Below the pieces are notes generated by a model. That model worked only from the letters and a program-made list of their open reading frames with translations. It did no database searches and was not told where the DNA came from. Below, one piece after another: positions 39,122 to 50,631 of a stretch of 64,000 nt of DNA. The stretch covers positions 2,016,001 through 2,080,000 of the forward strand of contig CAWAIF010000003.1 in the NCBI GenBank assembly GCA_963782055.1, in the 5' to 3' direction. The DNA is from an uncultured delta proteobacterium (GTDB lineage Bacteria > Myxococcota_A > Polyangia > Polyangiales > Polyangiaceae). Positions within the stretch are counted from its first letter, which is position 1, and every line of letters starts with the position of its first letter. Position numbers and translations under genes: made by a program.

Positions 39122-40243
39122 ATGAGCGAACCGTCCACGCGCCCGTACATCGGCGGCCAGGCCGTCCTCGAGGGCGTGATGATGCGCTCCCCGACGAGCT
39201 TTGCCGTCGTCGTGCGCCGCCGCGACGGCTCGCTGGTGGTGCGCGAGCGGGCGATGAAGGACTCCCGCCGCGGCCTCGCGCGCCTGCCCATGTTCCGCGG
39301 GCTGTTCTCCCTCGTCGAGTCGCTGCGCCTCGGGAGTGAGGCGCTCCGCTTCTCGGCCGACAACATGCAGCGCGATCTGGAGGAGGAAGAGCGCGCGGCG
39401 AAGGCCCCGCGTGGCCTCTCGGTGCTGTCCGCGCTGGGCTACTCTCTCTTCGCCCTCGCCACGCAGGAGCCGGAGCCCGCCGTGGCGGCGCCCGCGTCCG
39501 GCGGCGGGCGATCGATGACGCCCCTGCTCGTCATCATGATCGCCTTCCTCATCGCGCTGCCCCAGGCGGCGGCTGCGGGCGTGTCCAGGCTCCTTCACGT
39601 CGACGCCGAGGTGCAGTCGCCGCAGTTCCAGGCGATCACCGGCTTCTTCAAGCTGGGCATCGTGCTCGGGTACCTGCTGCTCATCCGGCGCGTCCCCGAC
39701 ATCCGGCGCGTGTTCCAGTATCACGGGGCCGAGCACAAGACGATCACCACCTACGAGGCGAACGAGCCGCTCGACGTCGCCCACGCGCGCGCAAAGACCA
39801 CGCTCCACCCGCGCTGCGGCACCACCTTCCTGGTGATGGTCGTGCTCGTCTCCGTCATCCTCTTCACCGTGCTGGGCGCCTTCTTGCCGCGCATCCACAC
39901 CGGCTCGCGCATCCTGGACAACGTCGTCTTCTTCCTGTTCAAGCTGCCCACGCTGCCGGTGCTCGTCGGCGTCACCTTCGAGATCCAGCGCCTCTTCGCG
40001 CGCTACTGCACCACCGGCCCGCTGCGCGCGCTGCTGGTGCCGGGGTTCCTCGTGCAGCGCATCACCACCATCGAGCCGGACGACGACCAGCTGGAGGTCG
40101 CGCTCGCCTCGCTGCGCGCCACGCTCTACCGCGAGCACGGTGAGGCGGACGGTGAGTCGGCGGAGGTGACGTTCCCCAGCTACGCCGCCATGCCGGCGTC
40201 GGGCGGCCTGGGCCCCGGAGCGCAGGCCCCCGCGGAGGCCTGA
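39122..40243 (+). CDS. DUF1385 membrane protein
   Basis: IGGQAVLEGVMMR, FQYHGAEHK, HPRCGT.F and TT.EPDD.QLEVA; usual rpmE-prfA context. Confidence 0.92.
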   Translation: MSEPSTRPYIGGQAVLEGVMMRSPTSFAVVVRRRDGSLVVRERAMKDSRRGLARLPMFRGLFSLVESLRLGSEALRFSADNMQRDLEEEERAAKAPRGLSVLSALGYSLFALATQEPEPAVAAPASGGGRSMTPLLVIMIAFLIALPQAAAAGVSRLLHVDAEVQSPQFQAITGFFKLGIVLGYLLLIRRVPDIRRVFQYHGAEHKTITTYEANEPLDVAHARAKTTLHPRCGTTFLVMVVLVSVILFTVLGAFLPRIHTGSRILDNVVFFLFKLPTLPVLVGVTFEIQRLFARYCTTGPLRALLVPGFLVQRITTIEPDDDQLEVALASLRATLYREHGEADGESAEVTFPSYAAMPASGGLGPGAQAPAEA

Positions 40244-41361
40244 TGCTCCCGCTCGACCGCCTCGAGCAGCTCGCCAAGCGCTACGCCGAGCTGGACGATC
40301 TCCTCTGCCAGCCGGCGGTCCTGGGCGACCCCCCGCGCCTGTCCAAGCTCAACCGCGAGCGCGGGGAGATCGAGCCCATCGTCCAGCACTTCGAGCGCTA
40401 CAAGGGCGTGACGCGCCAGCTCGTGGAGGACGAGGCCGCCCTCGCCGACCCCGAGCTGCGCGAGCTGGCGCAGACCGAGATCCCCCAGCTCGCGGCGGAG
40501 AAGAGCGCGCTGGAGGGGACCATCCAGCTCCTCCTCCTGCCCTCCGACCCGAACGACTCCAAGAACACCATCCTGGAGATCCGCTCCGGCGAGGGCGGCG
40601 AGGAGGCGGCGCTCTTCGCCGCGGATCTCTTCCGCATGTACGGACGCTACGCCGAGACGCAGGGCTGGAAGGTGGAGATCCTCTCCATGAGCGAGAGCGC
40701 GGCCGGCGGCTACAAGGAGGTCGTCGCCCTGGTCACCGGCAAGGACGTCTACTCCAAGCTCCGCTTCGAGGGCGGCGTCCACCGCGTCCAGCGCGTGCCC
40801 GCGACCGAGGCGCAGGGCCGCATCCACACCTCCACCGCGACGGTGGCCGTGCTCCCGGAGGCCGAGGACGTCGACGTGCAGATCGACGACAAGGACCTGG
40901 AGATCAGCATCGCCGCGAGCGGCGGGCCGGGCGGGCAGGGGGTCAACACCACCAACAGCGCGGTGCAGATCCTCCACAAGCCGAGCGGCATGATCGTCAA
41001 GTGCCAGGACGAGCGCTCGCAGCTCAAGAACAAGGCGAAGGCGATGAAGGTGCTGCGCGCGCGCCTGCTGGACATCGAGCAGGCGAAGAAGGAGGCCGCG
41101 GAGGCCTCCGTGCGCCGCTCGATGGTCTCCACCGGCGAGCGCAGCCAGAAGATTCGCACCTACAACTATCCGCAGAACCGCGTGAGCGATCACCGCATCA
41201 AGCTCACGCTGAACAAGCTGGATCGCATCGTCGAGGGGGACATCGAGGAGCTCGTCACCGCGCTTCGCACGCACCGCCAGGCGGAGCTCCTGCAGGAGGC
41301 TGGGCTGGAGAGGCCGCCCGCGGCCGGAGGCGCGCCGCCGTCCGGGGACGACGATGGATGA
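40243..41361 (+). CDS. prfA: Peptide chain release factor 1
   Basis: GGQ motif, PAT anticodon-mimic and RTYNYPQNR. Confidence 0.97.
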   Translation: MLPLDRLEQLAKRYAELDDLLCQPAVLGDPPRLSKLNRERGEIEPIVQHFERYKGVTRQLVEDEAALADPELRELAQTEIPQLAAEKSALEGTIQLLLLPSDPNDSKNTILEIRSGEGGEEAALFAADLFRMYGRYAETQGWKVEILSMSESAAGGYKEVVALVTGKDVYSKLRFEGGVHRVQRVPATEAQGRIHTSTATVAVLPEAEDVDVQIDDKDLEISIAASGGPGGQGVNTTNSAVQILHKPSGMIVKCQDERSQLKNKAKAMKVLRARLLDIEQAKKEAAEASVRRSMVSTGERSQKIRTYNYPQNRVSDHRIKLTLNKLDRIVEGDIEELVTALRTHRQAELLQEAGLERPPAAGGAPPSGDDDG

Positions 41362-41770
41362 GAAGCGGGCCCAGATCACGGCGGCGCTCACCGTCGCGAT
41401 GGCGCTCGTGCCCGGCCTGTACTCGCGCAACAAGATGTTCGGCCTCTTCGACGATCCGACGGTGCGCCGGGCGCGCTCGCGCGCGCGCCTGCTGCGCAGC
41501 ATCGCCAAGCACCTCGGCGGCGAGGTCGCTCCGGTGGCGGGGCTGGTGGTGACGGTGGGCGCGCGCACCTCCGTCCGCTACGGCATCCCCAGCGTGCGCC
41601 TCTCGCGCGCGGTGGAGCTCACGCGGCTGGAGCTCGCGGCGCTGCGGGTCCTGCTCGCGCGCGCCGGGAGCTGCCCGGCGGAGCTCGGCTCGAGCGAGGA
41701 CGACCGCCCGCTGGTCGACGCCGCCCTCGCGCGGCTGCCCGAGGTCAGGGCCGGGCACGACGCCGTGTAG
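41354..41770 (+). CDS. Hypothetical protein
   Basis: ORF coupled to the prfA stop; ALTVAMALVPGLYSRNKMF. Confidence 0.7.
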   Translation: MDEKRAQITAALTVAMALVPGLYSRNKMFGLFDDPTVRRARSRARLLRSIAKHLGGEVAPVAGLVVTVGARTSVRYGIPSVRLSRAVELTRLELAALRVLLARAGSCPAELGSSEDDRPLVDAALARLPEVRAGHDAV

Positions 41771-41787
41771 TGGTAGCCTCGCGCCGC

Positions 41788-42129
41788 ATGAGCTGCCTCT
41801 TCTGCAAGATCGTCGCGAAGGAGATCCCCGCCACCATCGTCGCGGAAAACGATCAGGCTGTGGCGTTTCGCGACCTTCACCCCGTCGCCCCGACGCACGT
41901 GCTTGTCGTCCCGCGCAAGCACGTGGAGGACGTCAACCACCTGGAGCCGGCGGACGCCGGCATCTACGCGCAGATGCTCCTGCTCGCGCGCGAGGTGGCG
42001 AAGGCGGACGGCATCGACGCGAGCGGCTACCGCCTGGTGCTCAACACCGGCCCTGACGCCGGCCAGAGCGTCTTTCACATGCACATGCACGTGCTGGGCG
42101 GCCGCCCCATGAGCTGGCCGCCCGGCTGA
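41788..42129 (+). CDS. hinT: Histidine triad nucleotide-binding protein
   Basis: CLFCKIV, AFRD.HP.AP.H and GQSVFHMHMHVLGGR..WPPG. Confidence 0.93.
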   Translation: MSCLFCKIVAKEIPATIVAENDQAVAFRDLHPVAPTHVLVVPRKHVEDVNHLEPADAGIYAQMLLLAREVAKADGIDASGYRLVLNTGPDAGQSVFHMHMHVLGGRPMSWPPG

Positions 42130-42136
42130 CGGCGCG

Positions 42137-42598
42137 TCAGCGGCGCAGCACGCCGGCGATGGCCTCGAGCAGCGCCACCTCCGAGTCGTCCAGCGGGCGA
42201 TCCGGCGGCGCGAAGGGCGCGGTCCGCGCGCGCGGCACGCCGGCGCGGTGCACGCGCAGGTGAGCGCTCACCACCTGCCCGAAGCGCCCGCCCAGACCCC
42301 AGAAGAGGGCGAGCAGATCGGGGCCGACCGCGCGCCGGGGCGCGGGGCGCACCGCGAGCAGCTCGCCGGAGGGGAGCCGCGCCTCGAAGCCCGCCAGCAC
42401 GTGGTCCGCGGGGTCCAGCCACGGGCTGCGCGCGCCCGGCCCGCCGGCGCCGATCCACTCGGCGACGGTGAGCTCGCCCGGGGCGGGGGAGAGGTCCAGC
42501 GTCAGCCCCTCCGCCCCGAGGGCGCGCTCCAGCTCGCTCACGCCCACCTCGCCGCTCGCGTGCGCGAGCAGGCTCTCGCGATCGATGGCGATGCTCAC
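42137..42598 (-). CDS. Short FAD-binding (PCMH-type, GlcE-like) domain protein
   Basis: IDRESL.A..G, TVAEWI and PRRAVGPDL..LF.G.GG.FG; GTG overlaps the upstream stop. Confidence 0.65.
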   Translation of the reverse strand: MSIAIDRESLLAHASGEVGVSELERALGAEGLTLDLSPAPGELTVAEWIGAGGPGARSPWLDPADHVLAGFEARLPSGELLAVRPAPRRAVGPDLLALFWGLGGRFGQVVSAHLRVHRAGVPRARTAPFAPPDRPLDDSEVALLEAIAGVLRR

Positions 42599-44163
42599 GA
42601 CGCCGCCTCCGGCGCGCGCGCCCGCGGCACGTACGGCTCCGGACTCACCGGCGGCACCAGCGCGCCCGGGTTGAGGATCCCGTGCGGGTCGAAGGCGCGG
42701 CGCAGCGCGTGCACCACGCCCACCCCGGCGCCCAGCTCCGGCCCGAGGCGCGGCGCCTTGGACCGGCCCACCCCGTGGTGGTGCGCGAGGGTGCCGCCTG
42801 CCGCCGTGGCCGCGTCCAGCGCGGCGCGCCAGGTCTCGTCGTAGCGGGCCTCGCACGCGGCGTCCCATCCTCCCGGCGCGCCCGGCTTCGCCACGCCGGC
42901 GAAGGAGAAGTAGATGCAGCAGCCGTCGGGGTAGGCGTGGCTGAAGTGCGCCATCACGAAGACGCGCGAGCCCATCGCCTTGCGCACGCCGTCGTAGAGG
43001 GCGCCCAGGCGCGACCAGCTCGCCGCGACCTCCATCGTGTCGACGAAGAGGCCGCGCGCGAAGAGCGGGGCCTGCCGGTAGCTCACCGCGTAGCGGTGCT
43101 GCAGCCAGCGGCGCGCCGGCGCCTCCCCCTCGTCCTTGCCGCCCATGTGCATCGCGATCCCGTGCGCCTCGCGCGCCGCGTCCAGCGCGCGGCCGTCGTG
43201 CCCCTCGAAGATGGTGACGAGCAGCGAGCCGCCCAGCGCCGCACCGCCCGCGCGCGAGGCGAGCAGCTCGTTCATCAGCGAGGGGCTCCGGAGCAACCTG
43301 CGCAGGGCGGAGGCGCCGCCGCCGGGCGCGCCGTGGCGCTTCGCTTTCTCGCCGCGGACGGCGCCGCGCCGGGCGAGCATGGCGTCGAAGGGATCGTAGA
43401 GGCGCGCGACCGCCGGGCGCAGCCCGCGCTGGAACATCTCGCGCATCGCCTCCCAGCCCGCGCGCGTGGACGGGAAGGACCACGCGCCGAAGCCCCGCGT
43501 GGAGGGGGCCGGGTGCAGCCGGAGCTCCGCCGCGGTCACGATGGCGAGCGTCCCCTCGCTGCCCACGACGAGCGGCACCAGGCTGGGCCCCGACGCGCGG
43601 TGCGACAGGAGCGCCACGTCGCCGCGGCCGGTCACGCACTCCAGCCGCACCACCATGTCCTCGATCTTCCCGTAGTAGCCGGAGGCCTGCCCCGCGCTGC
43701 GCGCGGCGATCCACCCGCCCACCGTGCTGCAGAGGATGGAGGACGGGAAGTGCCCCAGGGTAAACCCTTGACGGGTCAACTGTTCCTCCAGCGGGAGCCC
43801 CATGTGCCCCGCCTCCACCGAGAGCGAGGGCGCCTCGCGATCCAGCCTCCGCCAGCGCGCCATCCGCTTCAGATCGACGACCACGGTGCGCGGCGTGGGC
43901 AGGACGCCCGCGCACACGCCGCTCCCCGCGCCGAAGGGCACAAGCGGCACGCCGCGCGCCGCCGCCCACCGGACGATCGCCGCCACCTGCTCGGTGCTCT
44001 CCGGCCACACCACGCCGAGCGGCCGGTGCGCCGCCACGTTGCCCGCCCGCACCGCGAGGTGGTGCCGCGGCCAGAGGTCCCGCGAGTAGGCGGCCCGGTC
44101 CGCGCCGTCCTCGCTGGCGCGAAGGCCCGGCACCGAGGCCCGGAGGTCCGCAAGCGCTGACAT
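42595..44163 (-). CDS. Alkyl-dihydroxyacetonephosphate synthase-like FAD oxidoreductase
   Basis: PFGAGSGV, GHFPSS..STVGGWIA.RS.GQ.S..YGKIEDMV, GSEGTL, HFSHAY.DG.CIYF and HHHGVG. Confidence 0.8.
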   Translation of the reverse strand: MSALADLRASVPGLRASEDGADRAAYSRDLWPRHHLAVRAGNVAAHRPLGVVWPESTEQVAAIVRWAAARGVPLVPFGAGSGVCAGVLPTPRTVVVDLKRMARWRRLDREAPSLSVEAGHMGLPLEEQLTRQGFTLGHFPSSILCSTVGGWIAARSAGQASGYYGKIEDMVVRLECVTGRGDVALLSHRASGPSLVPLVVGSEGTLAIVTAAELRLHPAPSTRGFGAWSFPSTRAGWEAMREMFQRGLRPAVARLYDPFDAMLARRGAVRGEKAKRHGAPGGGASALRRLLRSPSLMNELLASRAGGAALGGSLLVTIFEGHDGRALDAAREAHGIAMHMGGKDEGEAPARRWLQHRYAVSYRQAPLFARGLFVDTMEVAASWSRLGALYDGVRKAMGSRVFVMAHFSHAYPDGCCIYFSFAGVAKPGAPGGWDAACEARYDETWRAALDAATAAGGTLAHHHGVGRSKAPRLGPELGAGVGVVHALRRAFDPHGILNPGALVPPVSPEPYVPRARAPEAAS

Positions 44164-44364
44164 CTCCGCGAAGGTAGCGCGGCAGCGCGAAACTGCGAAA
44201 CTTCCGCGGCGCTCGGCCGTCTTTCTACAAGGGCCCGGCCCCTTTCTTCCCTACAGCCTCCTACCCTGCGCGGGCCCCAGGGTATGCGGAGGCTCCCCCG
44301 TGCGCTATGCTCCGGCAACTAGGCGTGCCAGCAGCGCGCGCCTTCCGACACTGCGAGGCAATTC

Positions 44365-45957
44365 ATGACGATGGGTGGCGTCGACGACGAAGAGCACCTC
44401 CCGAAGCCGGGCGACATCGTCGCCGGCAAGTACCAGATCGAGCGGATCATCGGGAAGGGGGGCATGGGCGCGGTGTTGGCCGCACACCATCAGCTCCTCG
44501 GCCAGCGTGTCGCCGTGAAGTTCCTCCTGGGGGAGATCGCGGCCAACTCGGAGGCGGTCGCGCGCTTCAACAACGAGGCCAGAAACGCCTTCAAGATCCA
44601 GAGCGAGCACGTCTGCCGCGTCATGGACGTGGGAACCGAGAACGGCTTCCCGTACATGGTCATGGAGTACCTCGAGGGAGGAGACCTCTCGCAGCTCCTC
44701 GAGCAGCGCGGCGCCCTCCCCGTGGAGGAAGCCGTCGACTACGTGCTGCAGTCGCTGGAGGCCATCGCCCAGGCGCATGCGCTCGGCATCGTCCATCGCG
44801 ATCTCAAGCCGGCCAACCTCTTCCTGGCCAAGCGCCAGGATGGCGGCACGGTGGTGAAGGTCCTGGATTTCGGCATCGCCAAGGCATCCAACCCCTTCGG
44901 CGAGGCCAGCGGCGGCCACAACCTCACCTCCACCAAGTCGATGCTCGGCTCGCCGCTCTACATGTCGCCCGAGCAGCTCCGCTCGGCGAAGAACGTGGAC
45001 GCGCGCGCGGACGTCTGGGCCCTCGGGGTCATCCTGTACGAGCTGCTCACCGGCACCGTGCCCTTCAACGGGGAGACGCTGGGCGAGCTCTTCATCGCCA
45101 TCCTGGAGACGCAGCCCGTCCCGGTCTCGCAGAAGCGACCGGACGTGCCGCAGGCGCTCAGCGAGGCGATCATGCGCTGCCTGCAGCGCAACATCGACTA
45201 CCGCTTCGCCAACGTGGCGGAGCTCGCGGTCGCCCTCGCGTCGTGCGCGCCCGCCCGCTCGTACGTCTCGGTGGAGCGCGTCGCGCAGTCGCTCGGGATG
45301 CCCGCGCCGCCCGTCGTCATGCCCGGCACGAGCTCCGACGGCGTCCGCGCGCCGATGCCCTCCTACGCCGGCATGGGGACCGGCTCGCACCAGCTCCCGC
45401 CGCCCCAGATGATGTCCTCGTCGCAGTCCGGCCCGATGCCCGCCGTCGCGGGGATGCCCGGCTCGCAGACCAACGCCGCCTGGGGCCAGACGGGCGGGGG
45501 GGCCATCCCCAAGAGCAAGGCACCGCTCTTCGCCGGGCTGGCCGTGGGTGCCCTGGTGATGCTCGGCGTCGCCAGCGTGGGCGTCTACAAGGTCACGCAC
45601 CACAGCGCCGCTGCCGGCCCCGAGACCACCGATCCCTCCGCCAGCGCGGCGGAGACGGCCACCGCGGCCCCCACCGAGACGACCACGACGACCGCGGCCA
45701 CGGCCACGGCCGCCGAGACGGCCACCCAGGCCTCCACCGCCACCGCTCCACCCACCGAGACGGCCACGGCGAAGGTGGAGACCCCACCCGCGCACACGAA
45801 CTCCACGCACACCAAGACGCATCACGTCACCTCCGGAAAGGGCACGCCGGAGGTCAAGACGCACCCCACGGCGACAGCCGCCACCACCACCGCCGCGCCC
45901 ACGCCGACGCACACCGCAAAGCCGGCGGCCTCCTACGATCCGTTTGGTGGACGCTAG
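44365..45957 (+). CDS. Membrane Ser/Thr protein kinase with a Thr-rich extracytoplasmic tail
   Basis: IGKGGMG, VAVK, HRDLKPAN, DFG, YMSPE and a TM helix. Confidence 0.94.
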   Translation: MTMGGVDDEEHLPKPGDIVAGKYQIERIIGKGGMGAVLAAHHQLLGQRVAVKFLLGEIAANSEAVARFNNEARNAFKIQSEHVCRVMDVGTENGFPYMVMEYLEGGDLSQLLEQRGALPVEEAVDYVLQSLEAIAQAHALGIVHRDLKPANLFLAKRQDGGTVVKVLDFGIAKASNPFGEASGGHNLTSTKSMLGSPLYMSPEQLRSAKNVDARADVWALGVILYELLTGTVPFNGETLGELFIAILETQPVPVSQKRPDVPQALSEAIMRCLQRNIDYRFANVAELAVALASCAPARSYVSVERVAQSLGMPAPPVVMPGTSSDGVRAPMPSYAGMGTGSHQLPPPQMMSSSQSGPMPAVAGMPGSQTNAAWGQTGGGAIPKSKAPLFAGLAVGALVMLGVASVGVYKVTHHSAAAGPETTDPSASAAETATAAPTETTTTTAATATAAETATQASTATAPPTETATAKVETPPAHTNSTHTKTHHVTSGKGTPEVKTHPTATAATTTAAPTPTHTAKPAASYDPFGGR

Positions 45958-46050
45958 CGGCCAAACTGGGGTACTTCAGTACCCATGGTCTCCCCGCAGA
46001 TCCCTTCCACTTGGGCGAATGAGCCGCGTGACTCCCGGGTGCGCTCCGCC

Positions 46051-47121
46051 ATGCGTGTCGCCACCGCCGCGGTCACCGCGCTCGCTCTCGTCGCCGCGCA
46101 GGCTCCCCCTGTCTTCGCGCAGGGCGTGAACGTCACGCAGGCCGAGTCGCTCTACGACCAGGGCGCGCAGCTCATCAAGGAGAAGAAGTACCACGAGGCG
46201 TGCGAGCGCTTCTCCGCCAGCCTCAAGCTCGACGAGAGCATCAACACGATGGTCGCGCTCGCCCGCTGCCAGGACCTGGACGGCAAGACGGCCTCCGCGT
46301 GGGGCGAGTACCTCGTCGCCGCCAAGAAGGGCCGCGGAACCCCGGCCGGGCAGTACGCAGCCGACAAGGCCAAGGAGCTGGAGGGGCGGCTGCTCAAGAT
46401 TCGCATCAGCATGGCGCTCGTGCCGCCCAACGTGACGATCAAGATCGACAACGAGAGCATCCCGCCGGAGTCGCTCAACGCTGACCTCCCCCTCGACCCG
46501 GGCGATCACGACATCGAGCTCACGGCGCCGGGCAAGCACGACTGGGCCCGCCACATCACCCTGAAGCAGAACAACTCCCCGCTGGCGGTCACCGTCTCGA
46601 TGGAGGACATGACGCCCGAGGAGCTGAAGGCGCAGAAGCAGAAGCAGAACGGCGGCATCGGGCCGACAGGACCGCAGGTCGTCGAGCAGCCGGGGAGCCC
46701 CACGCGCCGCTGGATCGGCGTCGGGGTGGGCGTCGTCGGCGTGGGCGCGCTGGTGTACGGCGTCGTCGCGCTGGTCCAGGCGAGCGACAACCAGAGCAAG
46801 TTCAACCAGGAAGGCAAGGGCCTCCCGACGTGCGACCTGCCCAACGGCAGGAGCGGCGCGAGCAACACAAGCTTCAGCAGTGGCGGCAACTGCCACGTCA
46901 CCGACACCTCCGGCCTGACGTTCGGCGACCGCGCCAACCGTTTCTACATCCAGATGGGCGTGGCCGGTGGCATCGGCATCGTCGCCATCGGGGTGGGCCT
47001 CGCCCTCGTGCTGACGAGCTTCGGCTCCAAGCGCGTGGTCAAGAGCGAGGGCGCCGACGTGTCCTTCGCGCCCATGCTCGGGCCGGGTCTCGGCGGGATG
47101 ATGCTGCACGGCAGCTTCTGA
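46051..47121 (+). CDS. Secreted TPR plus PEGA-like protein with C-terminal hydrophobic hairpin
   Basis: Signal peptide, TPR helices (ACERFSASL), LDPGDHDIELTAPG, two Gly-rich hydrophobic segments and terminal GSF; start may be 45985. Confidence 0.75.
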   Translation: MRVATAAVTALALVAAQAPPVFAQGVNVTQAESLYDQGAQLIKEKKYHEACERFSASLKLDESINTMVALARCQDLDGKTASAWGEYLVAAKKGRGTPAGQYAADKAKELEGRLLKIRISMALVPPNVTIKIDNESIPPESLNADLPLDPGDHDIELTAPGKHDWARHITLKQNNSPLAVTVSMEDMTPEELKAQKQKQNGGIGPTGPQVVEQPGSPTRRWIGVGVGVVGVGALVYGVVALVQASDNQSKFNQEGKGLPTCDLPNGRSGASNTSFSSGGNCHVTDTSGLTFGDRANRFYIQMGVAGGIGIVAIGVGLALVLTSFGSKRVVKSEGADVSFAPMLGPGLGGMMLHGSF

Positions 47122-47186
47122 AGCGCTTTCTGGTGCGGCATTCGGGAGTGGCCGAATCGAGCCGGTTGATTTAGGTAGAGGGGCTC

Positions 47187-49051
<1,865 letters not shown>

Positions 49052-49055
<4 letters not shown>

Positions 49056-50347
49056 GGCCGCGCGCGTCGCTCGCCGGGCTGTTGCTGCTGTCCGCCGGGT
49101 GCGCGCGGGCCTGTGCGCGCCCCGAGCCGCTGCGGGTGCCCGACGCGGGGGAGGCGCTGGAGGAGGCTTCGGTCGAGCCGAGCGCCTACGCGCCTTCGCG
49201 CTGCACGCTGCAGGCGGCGAGCGTGTCGCTCGGCGACGCGGCCGTCGAGGTGGGGGTCGCGGCCCGCACCGCGGACGGCCTCGCGGTGGGGGTGCGCGCG
49301 GGGGACGAGGCGCGCGTGGCGCTGGTGCGCGCGGACCTCGGCGCGGTGCAGTCGGTGAACCTGGGGCTGCTGGCGGCGGATGCCCCTCCGCCCCGGCCGC
49401 TGGTGCTCGGCGGGGACGACGTCTACGCCGCCTTCTACGGGCAGCCCTCGGGGCGACGCACGCCCGGCTCGCGGGCCGTCGTGCTCTCGCGCGTGGACCC
49501 GAAGGCCGGCGCAGCGGTGCGCGTCGTCGAGCTGCCGCCGGAGGCCCCCGACGACTCCCTGGCGATGGACGCCGCGCTGCTGGCGGGCGGCGTGGCGCCG
49601 CGGGGCGCGGTCGTGTGGGACGAGCCCGCGGGGGGCAAGGTGGCGAGCGCGGTGCGGATGGCGACCTTCGCCGCGGGCAAGGCGTCCCCGCCGGTGACCC
49701 TCTCGCCTCCGGACACCGACGCGGATCGCCCGCGCATCGTGGCTCGTGCGGCGGGCGGCTACTGGGTGGTGTGGGTGGCCCACCGCGCCCTCCCGGCGTC
49801 CGACGCCGCGGCGCTGCCCGAGGGCCCCGGCGAGGACGTCGGCTTCGAGTGGCTGGAGGTGCTGGCGGTCGGCCCGGACGGCACCCCGTACGGCGCTCCG
49901 CAGCGCCTCACCGCCGAGCAAGGCCGCGCGGGGGTCTTCGACCTGACGCCCGCCGCTGGGCCGGACGCGGGCGCCTCCGCCGGGGATTTCGACCTCTTTG
50001 CCCGGGACGCCGAGGACACCGGCGCGCAGGGCTCCGGCAAGCTGCTCCTCGCCTCGGTGCACGGCGGGCACGCGGCGCCGGCGCGCGTGCTGCTCGACGG
50101 AGGCGTCGGACGGGGCGCGCCGGTGGGGGCCCGGGCAGGGGCGACGGCCGCCGTGGTCTTCGAGGATCCCTCCGGCGCCGCGGTGTTCTTGCCTCTGCAG
50201 CCCAGCGGTGGCCTCCCCAGCCTGGAGCCGGAGCTGGACCCGTACGAGGTTCTTGCGCCGCTGGGGGCCGACGCCGGCGCGCTCCGCGTGGTGGTGGCGC
50301 GGGAGGCCTCCGCGGAGCTTCGGCTTGCCCGTTGCATCCCGGATTGA
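49052..50347 (+). CDS. Hypothetical lipoprotein, possibly beta-propeller-like
   Basis: ATGA overlap with yitJ; LLLLSAGC lipobox; beta-strand repeats. Confidence 0.7.
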
Positions 50348-50525
50348 TGGAACGCCCGCCATGGGCTACCTTTCGCCCCCGTGCCCAATTGCTTTTGGGG
50401 TTCCTTGGTCCGGCCGCTCGAGAACATGCTCGAGCCCATACCCCACCGTGCATTGGGTGGCAGCCGTCCCCCACGGCGGGCCGGTCGCTCGAGCCTCGCT
50501 CGGGCGCCCCTCTCCGCGCGTCTCG

Positions 50526-50599
50526 GGGCCCATAGCTCAATCGGTCAGAGCCCCCGGCTCATAACCGGGCCGTTCCTGGTTCGAACCCAGGTGGGCCCA
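50526..50599 (+). tRNA. tRNA with CAU anticodon, most likely tRNA-Ile2 (lysidine); CCA not encoded
   Basis: Acceptor GGGCCCA/TGGGCCC, D-arm AGCTCAATCGGTCAGAGC, anticodon loop CTCATAA (CAT at 50560-50562) and T-loop GTTCGAA. Confidence 0.9.
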
Positions 50600-50631
50600 C
50601 GCAAGAAACCGGACCTCTTCGAAGGAGTATC

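Noticed and set aside
50526..50599. tRNA-CAU as initiator tRNA-fMet, or as a prophage/island attachment site
   Set aside because: The 1-72 pair is G-C and the anticodon stem lacks the GGG/CCC run of fMet. No integrase or duplicated tRNA 3' end was seen. Elongator Met is not fully excluded.
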